Origin: Isurus oxyrinchus
Taxonomy: Eukaryota
Length of the DNA stretch: 64,000 bases
Reading direction: 5' to 3'
NCBI GenBank assembly: GCA_026770705.1
Contig: JANJGN010000242.1
Coordinates: 372,001-436,000, forward strand
Positions 12,481-24,679 of the stretch are shown here, in pieces. The position numbers and the translations under genes are program-made. The notes beneath the pieces are model-generated. The model was not told where the DNA came from and ran no database searches. It saw nothing but the letters and a program-made list of their open reading frames with translations. Positions within the stretch are counted from its first letter, which is position 1; each line of letters starts with the position of its first letter.

Positions 12481-13255
12481 TAAATGAAACCTTTTAAATC
12501 AATTACTCTAGGACCCTTCTTTCCTGATCCTCGTTACTGCAGAATATACAAACCACAAACCACAAAAAGACCTTAAACTAGAAGCGATTAAAGTCGTAAA
12601 TACTTCCCATCCTTACCCACTACCAGCCAGTCATTTCTTTCCCTTGTAGCCTCTAAATATGCAGCAGGGCAAGGCCACACTCAGAATATTTATGAAGTTG
12701 GATAGCAAAGATAAAATGCAAAGTGCACCTCCTCCCCTCTGTGCGGAATTCCCACTGTGCACCAAATTACCAATAGCCACACTCACTCTGGCTGTGTCTC
12801 CCTCAGGATGAGGTCTCTCCCCTGCTCGGGTGCAAGCAAACTGATAGTCTGCTTCTAATCGTCCCTTTCTTAATTAGAGCTGAGGTGAAATAACCAAGTG
12901 GTTATGGTACTGGGTTTGTAATGCCGACATCAAGAGTGCAAATCTCACAATGACAAACTATGAAACAATGTGAGCTGACATGACTCAAACTTGTTAAGCT
13001 TCAAATAGTAATCAACAACTTATTAAGACCCTAATCGGGCATCAGGTGATTGACAATTGACTGTTACACCGTCAGTTGAATCAGCTCCCCAACCAACCTT
13101 TTAACTTGAAAACTGTAGTTCCAAAAATTAAAGAGAAATTAAAGAAAAAGACTTACCAGTTCAATTCCCACTGTGCATTAACGGTACCCACCGTTCGTTT
13201 GCAAGCACCATGATCAGGTTTTTGTACAGCTCTCTCCGTGTTCTGTACCACTGTG

Positions 13256-13561
13256 CTGTGCGCCGACTCAGTGCACAGTAATACACAGCGGAGTCGCTCA
13301 GTTGCAGTTTGGTGATATTTAACCGGCTGATTTTCTCGGCAGCATCGATAGAAGCAGGAATTCTCCCCCCAGCAGTGTTTTCTTTATTGTCCTCTCCTGA
13401 AGTGTGTCTCTGAAGCAGATATTCCGGAGCCTGTCCTGGGGATTGACGATACCAGTGTACTGTGTACGGACAGAACCCTGAATATTCACACCTTAAAGTA
13501 ACGGTGTCACCGGCAGCAGAGGTTTGTTCAGGCGGATTTCGGGAAATTATGGAACTGGAAT
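13256..13561 (-). CDS. TRDV: Leaderless supporting TCR-delta V exon (cassette 2), intact
   Basis: Phase-1 AG acceptor; hand translation is open: SSSIISRNPPEQTSAAGDTVTLRCEYSGFCPYTVHWYRQSPGQAPEYLL...LSDSAVYYCALSRRT; extra CDR1 Cys; consensus RSS CACAGTG-23-ACAAAAACC (13217-13255); no leader seen between J and this exon. Confidence 0.93.
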
Positions 13562-15009
13562 CTAGAGATATGGAAAAGGGACATTTTATTTTTGCTCAGC
13601 CACTTTTTGACCAGGTGAATATATCAATCCCGTGAATAGCTCTGCTTTTTGCAGTAATTTTACTTCCTGGATGCCTGTATGAACGATGTTCACTGTTATG
13701 AAAATATGATCAAGTTGGGAATGAGGTAATATGTTGTTTTACACGGCGACCTCTTCCGATTAGTACTGCACTTTCTGAATTGTTGTTGAGGACATATTCC
13801 ATTGTAACTTTCAAAGGGGTAATGGATCGATACTGGAAATATAAATAGAAATATAGAGCTATGGAGAAAATTCATGGGCAGTGTGAACAATTGGATTGCA
13901 CTTTTATAGTGTCAGCGCCTACACGAGAGGCCGAATGTCATCATTCCGTGCTGGATAATTCTATGAGTTATGTTACTTTCCAGTTTCCATTTTTCTTGGT
14001 GAGACACAAACACGAGGGAGAATTTCATGTACAGCGAGGCAACCAGTTTCCAACAAAAAACTTGTTTGTTGGAGAGGAACACAGCTGTGTTGCATGACTG
14101 CGCACAGCAAGATCCAACACAAACTGATGGGAATCGTCAGCACCAATTGGGCAAAACCGAGAGTGAGCATCTACGGTCGGTCATTTAATGCGATTTAAAA
14201 CTAATCGGGAATTTCTATCTGCCTTCTGCTCTATTTCTCAATGTTCTATCAATAGTGTCCTATCTTATCCAGTTCAGCTTAATTTCGCATATGTGCAATT
14301 AATTTCATTTTATGTCTTTAATTTCACGTTCCCTTTATTTCACATTTTATTTTTGCTCCTTGCTCTTTTTTCAATCGTGCGAACTTGCCCCAAACTCTCT
14401 AAGTTTTCGGTTGGGCTCAGTCTGTTCAGTTTCCGCAGTGGTTTTACTGTTACTCAGTGGCAACTGTCTCTTAGGGCTCTATGACAATTTCAACGCTTTT
14501 CGCTCATTGACTGATTCTCTCTCGGGTTCACTGTGCGGAGTTTTCTCTCAATTTTACATTATCGAGGAAGAAGAATGTGGAAGAGGAATGGGCCATTCAG
14601 CCTGTGTATATAATCAATTCCAGCCTGACCCCACCCGAAACCTAATTGACCATTTACATCCCGCTCCCTGTGCTGGTCTGTTCCGTTCTCCCTCCTGCTT
14701 TTTCAAGTGTTCCACTAAATATATCAATCCCAATTCGAACCTCTCCCTGTGGCAGCAACTTCCACATTCTGACCAGCAGTTGTTTAAATTAATTTGTCTT
14801 AAATGTTTTATTTGTTCTGTTAGTTACTGTCATATGTTGACGGCTATTGCTTTAGACGCAATTTGTCCAGAGTAAAGCCGCTCATTATTGAAAAGATTTC
14901 CAGGGAATCTCCTCTTGGTTCTTTTTTCTGGAAAAAAAAGAGACCCAGCCTGTTCAACCTTCTCAGAGAGATGTGGATTGTAGCTGATTTATTTCTTCAG
15001 AAGTGTAAG

Positions 15010-15590
15010 GAATCAGAGCAGAGAATCCAATCAATAGAAGCAGGAGCCGCCATATCACCTTTCAAACCTGCTCAGCCATTCAGTAATATCCTGGCTGATT
15101 TACAACCTCAACGTCACATTCCCGCACTCTCCCCAGATCCCTGATCCCATTACTGTCTGAAAACCTACCGAATATTGTCTTGAATGCATACAGATTATGA
15201 ACACCCACAGCTCTCTGACTTACCGAATGCCACAGATTCACAAGAATGGTTCTACTGAATATATCTTTCCTTCTCAGTTCTATTGGATGACACTTTACTC
15301 TGAGGCTGTGACCCCGAGTTCTATAGTTCTCATTCTGGGGAAAGTCCGACCCAGGATCTGCGCTGTCAATGTTCTACAGAATAGTAGATGTTTTCATGAG
15401 ATCACCTCTCGTTCTTCTAAACTCGAGGAAATTTGGACCGAGACGACTAAATCTCTTCCCATTGGATAATCCTTTCATCTCAGGAATCAGTCTGATGAAA
15501 CTTTGTTGCACTCCTTCCAAAGCAGATTGATCTCTTTTCAGTAATGAGACCAAAACTTTACACAACGTCCCGGACTGGAGTCCATTTTAG
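15010..15590 (-). mobile_element. CR1 LINE 3' fragment within the J-supporting V intron (present in every cassette copy)
   Basis: ALEGVQQSFIRLIPEMKGLS..RRTRGDL; homologues near 26150-26680, 32950-33500, 35190-35710, 43550-44080, 50000-50540, 56430-56980. Confidence 0.8.
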
Positions 15591-16479
15591 TCCTTGACCC
15601 CATAAACCTCCCTCACCACTGGGTCGTACTGTACTTTGAAAGTCGCCCAGAAATCATCAAATCCTTCTCTCCCTTTGGATTATTTTTTATTGCTGGTTTT
15701 AAGTGAGCATGCTCCTTGTTAATAATTGTCTCCTCGTGTTTCTCTTCTCCTTTATAAGATTAATGCATTATCCTCACTCTATCACTGCACTATGTTGCTT
15801 AATTCACAGTAATCAGGGATACAGACAAATTACAGCAATCCAACCTCTCAAACATTTACAGCCAATATAGTGATTTGACTGCTGTTCCAAACATTCACAT
15901 TTCTGTCTGTGGGAGGAAAGTAATTGGTTCTGTGAAGATAATTGATAGAAAAGGCGGAGACAACGTCACTAATTTCAGTCATTGATTGTCCAATAATAAG
16001 ATTCCATCTGGACCCACATCAGGATCTCTTATATCTGAAGCCCGTTGTGTCACTCTCCTGTTTTTCTACTGGGTCAGGTGTTGAACGAGCCGCTGCAGGT
16101 ATCCGAACTGGCCCCAGTTGTGTTGAATTGATTCCCACAGTTCCTGGTTCACATTGCGCGGCTCGGACTGCACTCCGCTGCCCAGGAGAGAGCTCTGTGA
16201 CTCCGCTCCCGGGCTCTAAGGGACGGATAGAGCTCCCTCAGCCACAGTAAACACCGGGAGTGCAATCCGGAGTGTCGACAATCTCCGCTCATTAAAACCG
16301 ATTCAGAGTGTGAGAGTTCGTGATGTTGATGTTTTCTCCGAAGATCATGTTAAACCAATAATGTTCCAGATTCTGCCAACTCTCACATCCCCACTCAAAC
16401 TCCACTGATATCAATAATAAACTGACGGTAAACATTACCCGAGGCGGGCTGTAACCCGGAGGGGTTTGGAGCTACTTAC

Positions 16480-16532
16480 CGGCTGTGACAGTCACCACCG
16501 TCCCGGATCCATCCGCATAATCAGTATACCAT
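16480..16532 (-). CDS. NAR-TCR J segment 2
   Basis: WYTDYADGSGTVVTVTA, GTAAGT donor; RSS heptamer 16533-16539, 23-bp spacer, nonamer 16563-16571. Confidence 0.92.
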
Positions 16533-16914
16533 CACAGTGACACCGCTCTCAGTCTCCCCGGTACAAAAACTACCGACGCCTCAACCTGCCGGGAAATCAT
16601 CATCAGACAGCAGAAACTGCCCAATTATACAGCGGGTTTAAATAAATAAAAAATGTTCAATGTTTCAAAGTTTTTGTAGGTTCAAACTGTTCTTTGTGAG
16701 GCCCTGAACTCTGAGTCAATGATCCCCGGAGAGAGATGCTCCCTTCATATAAACCGAGAAAAATATCAGAGAAAGATAACTGAATGGTGGAAATTACAAT
16801 GAAATTTAAATAGATTGCAGCAAGAATAACATGATCCCGACAATTCATTATCTTTGCCGCGAGAATTTACGTTGTGATCGTAGAGAGGTATTTGCTCGGG
16901 TCTCTCCCACTGTG

Positions 16915-16929
16915 ACTGTCCCAAGATAA
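16915..16929 (-). other. NAR-TCR D segment 2 (TTATCTTGGGACAGT), 12/12 RSS
   Basis: Heptamers 16908-16914 and 16930-16936, 12-bp spacers, nonamers 16887-16895 and 16949-16957. Confidence 0.92.
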
Positions 16930-17311
16930 CACAGTGTTACAGGTCAGTACAAAATCCCCGGGTACTTGGTGAGATGTGGGGACATTAGTTAAAAAGTGGA
17001 AACTGCTGTTCCCGGTTCCAGCTGTTGGACCGGCGTCATATCAGGTGTAACTGGGATCAGCCATTGCCAATCCCCAATCGCTGACACCAATCCCAGGAAA
17101 GACATGACCATCCGCACACACTCGACACTTATAAAACTCAAGATGTTAACGGCAATAATCCAATCTGATTTAAAATTAGACTGTGGGGCAGACGGTGTGA
17201 GGAGGAACTGTGGGGGTTTTAACTGCAGATTAACTCCGCTTTTTCATTTGTTTCTGTGATAATCTGCAGTGAGAGATTTTGTATCGCGGGAAGCCGAGAA
17301 CCATCATTGTG

Positions 17312-17792
17312 AGATTTGTACCAGTACTGAGCTTTACAGTAATAGGTGGCGGTGTCTTCAACTCTCACATCCCGAATTTCCAGCGAAAATTTCTTTTCTG
17401 CTTCATTCACCGACACAACAAATCTCCCTCCGCTGGAGATCCGCTCCCGCTCTGTCCCGGTTTGGGTTTGTCTGAAGAAGTCCCCGCCCGTCAAAGGACG
17501 AGCGTAGAAACCACCATAGAAAACACAGGTGATGGTGAGAGACTGACACTCCTTCCTGGTCACCGCTGCCGGAGTCTGTGTCACTGACTGACTGAAAGAG
17601 CCTGGAAAATAAACAGAATGAGTTTAATGGACCATCAGAGCCTAAATACAGAGCAGGGTTAAACCCCCAGGCAGTGTCTGTAATTGGGATGGATTCGGGC
17701 TGCTTTATATTCAATCCACATAACGTCGGTTTGTTTGATCGGTACTCACGGGGTAAACAGACACACAGGGTGAAAACAAGGACGATTCCCAT
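17312..17792 (-). CDS. NAR-TCR V segment 2 (leader 17750-17792, V exon 17312-17601), intact
   Basis: VTQTPAAVTRKECQSLTITC...ERISSGGRFVVSVNEAEKKFSLEIRDVRVEDTATYYC aligns by eye with the IgNAR V pattern (short FR2-CDR2); splice sites intact; RSS CACAATG-22-ACAAAATCT. Confidence 0.93.
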
Positions 17793-17908
17793 CGTCCTGC
17801 TGCCTGAAGCTGAGGATTAATATGACGAGAGATGGAGACTGCAGCCCTGGACTGCACTGGAGACCAGACCTCAGAGCTGAACTGAAATGTTTTAGAGGGA
17901 TCGAGTTG

Positions 17909-17916
17909 ATTTGCAC
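17909..17916 (-). promoter_or_regulatory. Octamer-like motif (GTGCAAAT on the coding strand) upstream of the NAR V leader
   Basis: One mismatch to ATGCAAAT, ~115 bp 5' of the ATG; conserved at 9204, 29042, 46431, 52474. Confidence 0.4.
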
Positions 17917-18809
17917 AGGACAGTTTCGCTGATATTCATAGATTTTCCGCACGGTTCCCGGGTCACTGGCTAAGTGTTGTGTGAATAAGAGACAGGTTAT
18001 GAAAGGAGGCTGCAATTTTCTGACTCTACATTTGGATTGTGATCCGGATGTGAAAGCCCCTCCTACAATACTCTGGTGTACAGAGTGAGGTAGGGGAGCT
18101 TATCTTTCTGACAGTTGTGTTATCGCCTTCATTTCCCCGCAGTGATGAACTGGGAGGTCGGTGCACGTATTTCTATTGCTGTGTTTGTGTTAGGTGGTGT
18201 TTGTTAAAGGTGGAATGTGGGCCCAGGACAACAGGAGAATCACCCTGTCCCGCTTTTATCCCAATATTCCGGAGATTGTTGCCTGGTTCTTGTGACCCCG
18301 GACAGGTATCTGCTGTTTCGCAAAAGGAAATCACAAGGTTTGCTTTAATTGTCCATGGGACCTCCCCTCTGCCAACACCGGAGTGTCCTTGAGCCATGAA
18401 CACCACACTGGCTGGAAAGATTATCCGAACCCCGTACAGTGAAACACCCAATTTTCCCACCAAACCATTCACCAAAAATTATTTCACTTGCAGCATTTCC
18501 AGTTCGGATAAAATTTTACCGATCTGAAACGTTAGCTCTGATTCTCTCTCCACTGAGAGGCATCTTAACCGGCTAACCTTTACTTTTTCAGAATTTTCTG
18601 TTCTTGTATTTCAGGTTTGCAGCATTTGTGGATCTCATCTTGTCGATTACTGCATCGTGTAGGATTGGAATGGAACCCCTGCTGTGTTTAACGTGTCTCT
18701 GAGCTGTGCTTATTATCTTTGATCGTTTATAACGCCTCCTTTTCATTGGCCACTGCTCAGGCAGAAACTCCGCACCGAGGGAATTGGAAGAATGGTTGTT
18801 TTAAACATT

Positions 18810-19110
18810 TGTTTTATTCTTTCATGGGATGTTGGCGTTGCAGGTAGGTCAGCATTTATTGCCCTGCTCTAATTGCTCTTGTTCAAGGGCATTTAAGAGT
18901 TAACCTCATTAATGTGGCCCCGGAGTCCAATGTAGGCCAGACTAGGTAAGTTCAGTAGATTTCCATCCCTGAAACACATTAGTGAAGCAGGTGGGTTATT
19001 CACGGAAATCGGTAATGGTTCTGTGGTCATCTTTAGACTTGTAAATCCAGATTATAAGGCGAATTGATATTGCACTGTGATTCAGGTTTTGAGGGTCAGC
19101 GTGTCTTCCA
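18810..19110. mobile_element. Decayed SINE-like interspersed repeat (copies ~29940, 47315, 53395)
   Basis: Non-coding; shares an end motif (ttattc..atg.gggc.tcgct..agcatttattgccc) with the LINE-tail fragments at 10190, 39050 and 59900. Family not verified. Confidence 0.45.
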
Positions 19111-19439
19111 GGGTCAGCCCCTGACTTTTGAAATATGCTATCTTTGTCTTTCAGGAAGAAATTGCGAAGATTCAGGTTCTGAACATCTTTCAGAATGAAG
19201 GGGCTGTGAATTGCCCTGGATATCACTGCACTGTGGTTACTCACCAACCTCCGTCAATTCTGTGTAACCACCTCCAATATTGCTTGGAAGATCTGAGATG
19301 TTCACTGAGTATTGGAGCTAGGTGATGGGGTACATGTTTCCACATGTCCCAGTCATGGCGTCTGCTGTACACGAAGAAAACGAAACGGTTTCCCTTGTAT
19401 TGATGCGGACCTTCAATACGACATCGCCATTTGCTGCTG

Positions 19440-19725
19440 TGCTGGACACTGCCAGTATCACACACACAAGCCGTTTTCGGACGCAGACACACACACACAC
19501 AGAACGACACACATTTAGCCAATCTACCTTCTGCTGGACACTGCCGCAAACCCGTAATCACACACATACACAAACTTTTGGCAATGCACCCTCTACTGCA
19601 CATTGTGATAATCACACACACACCAACACGCTCACACCTTAAGCAATCTACCCTCTGCTGTACAGTGTTATGATCATGCACACACACACCTTCGGCTATC
19701 TACCATCTGCTGGACACTACCGCAA

Positions 19726-19773
<48 letters not shown>

Positions 19774-19817
19774 AAACACACCTTTAGCAATCTACCCTTT
19801 CATGGTCACTGACGGAA

Positions 19818-19853
<36 letters not shown>

Positions 19854-20097
19854 GCACAAACACACACCTTTTGCAACCGAGTCTCTGATGGACACTGCGG
19901 GAATCACACATGCACACAAAAACACCTTTAGCTATATATTCTGTGATGGCCACTGCCGGAATCGCACACACACACACATATACACCTACACCTTTTGCAA
20001 TCTACCCTCTGCTGGACACTGCCGCAATCACATACACTCGCACACATACACACACACAATCTTTTAACAATCTTCCCTCTGCTGGACACTGTGATAA

Positions 20098-20134
<37 letters not shown>

Positions 20135-20285
20135 CGCACACCTTAAGCAATCTACCCTCTGCCGTATAGTGTCATACTCTCACACACACACTTTTAGCAA
20201 TCTACCTTCTGCTGTACAGTGTCATTATCTCACACGCACACTTTTATCAATCCACCTTCTGCTGGACACTGCCGTTATCACAATC
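19440..20285. repeat. Complex CA-rich satellite
   Basis: Unit TTAGCAATCTACCCTCTGCTGGACACTG.. alternating with (CA)n. Confidence 0.9.
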
Positions 20286-21337
20286 CTTAACCTTTCTGCT
20301 TTTTCTTCAGCCAAGTGTGATGCGGTGCCATGGGGCCTTGTCACTGCACCAGTAACCCAATGACCCAGGGCAATATCCCAGGTTCAAATCCCACTATGGT
20401 GCTTGAATTTAATAACTATCTCGAATTGCCTTCAGCGGTAAACCGCTCTTAACTGTCATGACAAAACCCATCTGGCTCGCAAATGACTTGTCCTGCAGGG
20501 GACTCTAAAGACGCAGATAGTTAGAAATGCTGACTCTCATTTGGCAGGGCTCTGTCATCAGCAGCGGGTCTACTTATCAGGTTTTATGCCCACTTCCAAA
20601 TAATTTTGGAGTATAAAAACAAATAATTATGGCCATACTCAGCAAGTTGGTAAACATGGGTGCAGAGCAAATCAGAAATAAGGATTCATTTCCACGAAAT
20701 TACATCTGAACTCAGTTTGATGAGTGGCAGGTTTCTGGTGAAAGGTCACAGACTGGAAACTTCGTTCTTTTTCTGGTTGTATTTCCATAATTTTCTGTTT
20801 GTGTTTTGAATTTGGTTAAAATTTTGTTGCGGGACACAAGAGCGGAGGGGGAAATGTCACTCGCAGGACAATCCCAGGCGCATTCTTTTAGATAACTATT
20901 TGGTCAAAACTTGGGACGACAGTAAATATGCCTACATTGCGGACACTTCAGCTTAAGCACGGATTTTACTGTAGAATTATATTGATGTTCTTTAAGAATT
21001 ATCACACAACAGTACAAAATAAACACTCTGGATCTCTCTCGGTTCCATGGGACACAATCGGACAATGAAGTTCCGCACGTAGAAAAGACCGCACTGAGCA
21101 ACTGCCCCCTCAGTCCGACACTCTCTGCTGTGACCAACAATATTTCTGATGAAAGACACTCTCCACTAGGATTTACTAGTCAACCCGGGGCTGCCGTGCA
21201 CGTATCTCCCGTTAGCCGTTCATGCTCCGAGCCGCCTGGCCCGCCTTGTGCTATCAGAGAGATTGCTGTAGCTCTCCCGGAACTGTAACCAGAAGCGTGG
21301 TTTTTATACAGTGATTGCCGCGTTTTGTCTCAGTGTG

Positions 21338-21622
21338 GAGCTCGGCCGCACAGTAATAAACCGCGGTATCGGCGTTCACCGTGTCTACAATGAGCAATTG
21401 GCCGCGTTTCTCCGACTCGGTAAGATTCAGTTCAAATCGCCAGCTTCTCCCTTTGCCTGTCGATATCTGCCTTATAAACCACTCCAGTCCCTGACCGGAT
21501 TTCTGTCTGTACCAATGCATCACGTAGAAGTCGGACAACTCGTAGCTGCAATCAATCTGCCCCGAATCCCCGCTCTGGACTGTTTCCAAGCGGGAAATTG
21601 AAGCACACGGTCCTTGAGACAT
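21338..21622 (-). CDS. TCR alpha/delta-type V segment of a different family; leader and acceptor uncertain
   Basis: IDCSYELSDFYVMHWYRQKSGQGLEW...DTAVYYCAAEL; RSS CACACTG-23-ATAAAAACC (21299-21337); GTAAGT donor at 21681-21686 but no clean leader ORF. Confidence 0.8.
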
Positions 21623-22089
21623 CGACCAGTAAAAATATTCAGAGTATGAAACACTGGAACAACGAGATTAATAATGAAAAACTTACTCTAGGTGATTGGA
21701 TCTCTGTCCTGTATCTATCTGTTCGCATCGCCAGGATGACGGATAATATCTTTAGCTGTGCAGCACAACATATGTTTGCTATGAGAATGTCAATATGAAA
21801 ACATGACACAGCTCACAACAGAAGAAAAGGACCCGGGTGAAGAGATTAAAATGTTGGCTGATTAAAGTCAATGATGGATATTCAATGTCTCCGTCACGTG
21901 TTTATTTTTCCCGCTCCTTATTGGCGGGAAATTGATATTGTTCCCCGGATATGAGGAAGCGGGTTGTTGGTCCGCTGCTCATTTCCCCCGCGGTTCTCGT
22001 CTGAACCGATCAGTTGTCTGAAGACCAGCAGCTTCTTCCGCTCCGGGTGGAGGGGAGTGAGGGGAAGAACATCTCTTTATGAGAGACAC

Positions 22090-23960
22090 TCTCGTTAGCG
22101 ACCAACCTGACACTAATTATATTTCTTTGTCCATACCAAGCTTGAATTGTACCATGTTGCTGTCGCTATCACTAAAATGCTCGCCTACCACCACTTCAGC
22201 CACATGACCGGCTTCATTCCCAGAATTTGGTCCAGCACTGTGCCGTCTCATGTTGGAGCCTCTACATATTGACCTAAAAAGCTCTTCTGTACACATTTCA
22301 AGAAATCCACTCCATTCAAGACCTTAACACTATGCCTATCCCAAATAATGTTGGGAAAGTTGAATTCACCTAATGTAACTACCTTATCGTTATTGCTTTT
22401 ATGCACTTCCGCAAAGTGCGCACATATTTGCTCCTCAATATCCCGCTTACCATCTGGGGGTCTATAAAAAACACCTAATAATGAGGTTGCCCCTTTTTTA
22501 TTTCTAAGTTCGACCCACAAAGCTTCGTTCGATGCCCCTTCCAAGATATCATCTCTCCTTATTGCATTATCTGACTCTTTAACTAATAATGATCCTCCTC
22601 CTGCTTTTCCTCCTCTTTTATCCCCTTTCCTGTCTCGCCGGAGGTTTCTATATCCTGGAATGGTGAGCTGCCAATCCTGCTCCTGTTTTAATCACGTCGC
22701 AGCGATGGCTACTATATCACAATTGCAAGTATCAATCCACACCCTTAGCTGCTCCGTTTTACCTGTAATACTCCTGGCATTAAAGTAGAGGCCATCCAGC
22801 CTTGCCCTACTCCCTTGAAGCCTAAACAAAAAATACAAATAGTTGGAAAAACTGATCAGGTCTGGCAGCAAAGACCAAGAAGAGTAGAGTTGACGTTTCG
22901 AGTTCTCATGACCCTTCAACAGAGGCTTAATGCAGCTATTTTCCCTCTGACTTGGGTGTTTTACTATATTCTGATGCGACCCTTTTCTTCTAACATTGTG
23001 TGTCCACTCCCCCTGCCGAATTAGTTTAAAATCCTCCTAACAGCACACGCAAACCCGCCCGCAAGGATGTTAGTTCTGTGCTGGTTCAGATGTAGACCAT
23101 CCGGCTTGTACAGATCTCACCTTCCCCAGTAAGATTCCCAGTGATCCAGGAATCTAAAACCCTCCCTCCTGCACCAACTCTTAAGACACGTATTCATCTG
23201 CACTATTCTCCTATACCTGAGCTCCTTAGCAGGTGGCACTCGGAGTAATCCCGAGATTACAACCCGAGAGGACTTGTTTTTTTGTCTACTGCCTAACTCC
23301 CTGAATTCATGATGAAAGACATCGTCGCCATTTCGACATATGTCATTGGTACCAACATGTACCATGACATCTATATTATCCTCGTTTCTTGATCCCCTAC
23401 AGCTGATCAGTGACATCCCGGACCCTGGCACCAGGGAGGCAACACACCATCCTAGAGACACGTTGACGGCCACAGTAGCAGCTATCTTTCCACTGACTAC
23501 AGAATCCCCTATTACTATTAGTCTTCCTCTCTTCCTCCCCTCCCGCACTGACAGGCTGCTTGTGGTGCCAGAAGCTAGGCTCTGTCTGCACTTCCAGGAG
23601 GAACCAGCGCCCTCATCAGCCCCCAAGATGGAATACCAATTTGCGAGCGGGACCCCAAGGGGCTCCTCAACTACCTGCCTGTTTCTCTTGGACTGCCTGG
23701 TAGTCACCCATTCCCTTGCCACCTGAAGTCCCTTCAGCTGCGGTGTGACAACCTCTGTAAACGTGCTATCCACGATGCTCTCAGACTTGCGGATGCTCCA
23801 CAGTGTCCCCAGCTGCCGTTCCAGCTCTCAAACCCGAGATTCCAGGAGCTGCAGCTGGACACAATTCCTGCACACATGCTGGATCTGGGAACTGGAAATG
23901 TTCCCGGCTTCCTACATGGAGAACGAAGGGCACATCACGGCTGTGAGTTCTCTTGCCATG
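22090..23960 (-). mobile_element. CR1 LINE 5' part: ORF1 (SGNH esterase) and start of ORF2 (endonuclease), degenerate
   Basis: IVIGDSVV, VHVGTNDI, LKSWCRREGFRFLDHW; YFNARSI, EALWVELRNKKG..GVFYRPP, LGEFNFPNIIW. Confidence 0.9.
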
Positions 23961-24373
23961 TTATATACCTTTAAATTAAACCTTTCAAATCAATTATCTT
24001 CAGGACCTTCTTTCGTGACCCTCATTACTTCAGAATATTCAAACTACAACCAATAAAAAGACTTCAAAATAGAAGCGATTGAAGTTGTAAATATTTCACG
24101 ACATTAACAACTACATGCCAGTCATTCCTGTCCCTTGTAGCCTCACTTGAATCAGCTCCCTTACCAACCTTTTAACTTGACTCCTGTAGTTACAAAAATT
24201 AAAGAAAAATTAAACAAAAAGACTTACCAGTTCAATTCCCACTGTGCACCAAATTGCAAGTACCCTGACTCACTCTGGTTGTGTCTCACTCAGGATTAAG
24301 CCACTCACCTGTTCGTGTGCAAGCACCATGCTCAGATTTTTGTACAGCTCTCTCCGTGTTCTGGACCACTGTG

Positions 24374-24679
24374 CTGTGTGCCGACTCAGTGCACTGTAAT
24401 ACACAGTGGAATCGCTCAGTTGTAGTTTGGTGATATTTAACCGGCTGATTTTCCTGGCAGCATCGATAGAGGCAGAAATTCTGCCCCCGGCAGCAGTTTC
24501 TTTATTCTCCTCTCCTGAAGTGTGTCTCTGAAGCAGATATTCCGGAGCCTGTCCTGGGGACTGACGATACCAATGTACTGTGTACGGACAGAACCCTGAA
24601 TATTCACAGCTTAAAGTAACGGTGTCACTGGCAGTAGCAGTTTGTTCAGGCTGATTTCGGGAAATTATGGAACTGGAAT
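24374..24679 (-). pseudogene. TRDV: Supporting TCR-delta V (cassette 3); open frame but second canonical Cys replaced by Ser
   Basis: CEYSGFCPYTVHWY...DSTVYYSALS; RSS CACAGTG-23-ACAAAAATC (24335-24373). Confidence 0.88.

Noticed and set aside
13861-14875. Recurrent + strand ORFs (MEKIHGQ..., FSQFYIIEEE...)
   Set aside because: Antisense intron sequence repeated by duplication, with stops and frames that differ between copies.
19440-20285. His/Thr-rich and Cys/Val-rich ORFs, and CACTGTG heptamers in the CA satellite
   Set aside because: The ORFs are translations of (CA)n; the heptamers I checked have no nonamer at 12 or 23 bp.
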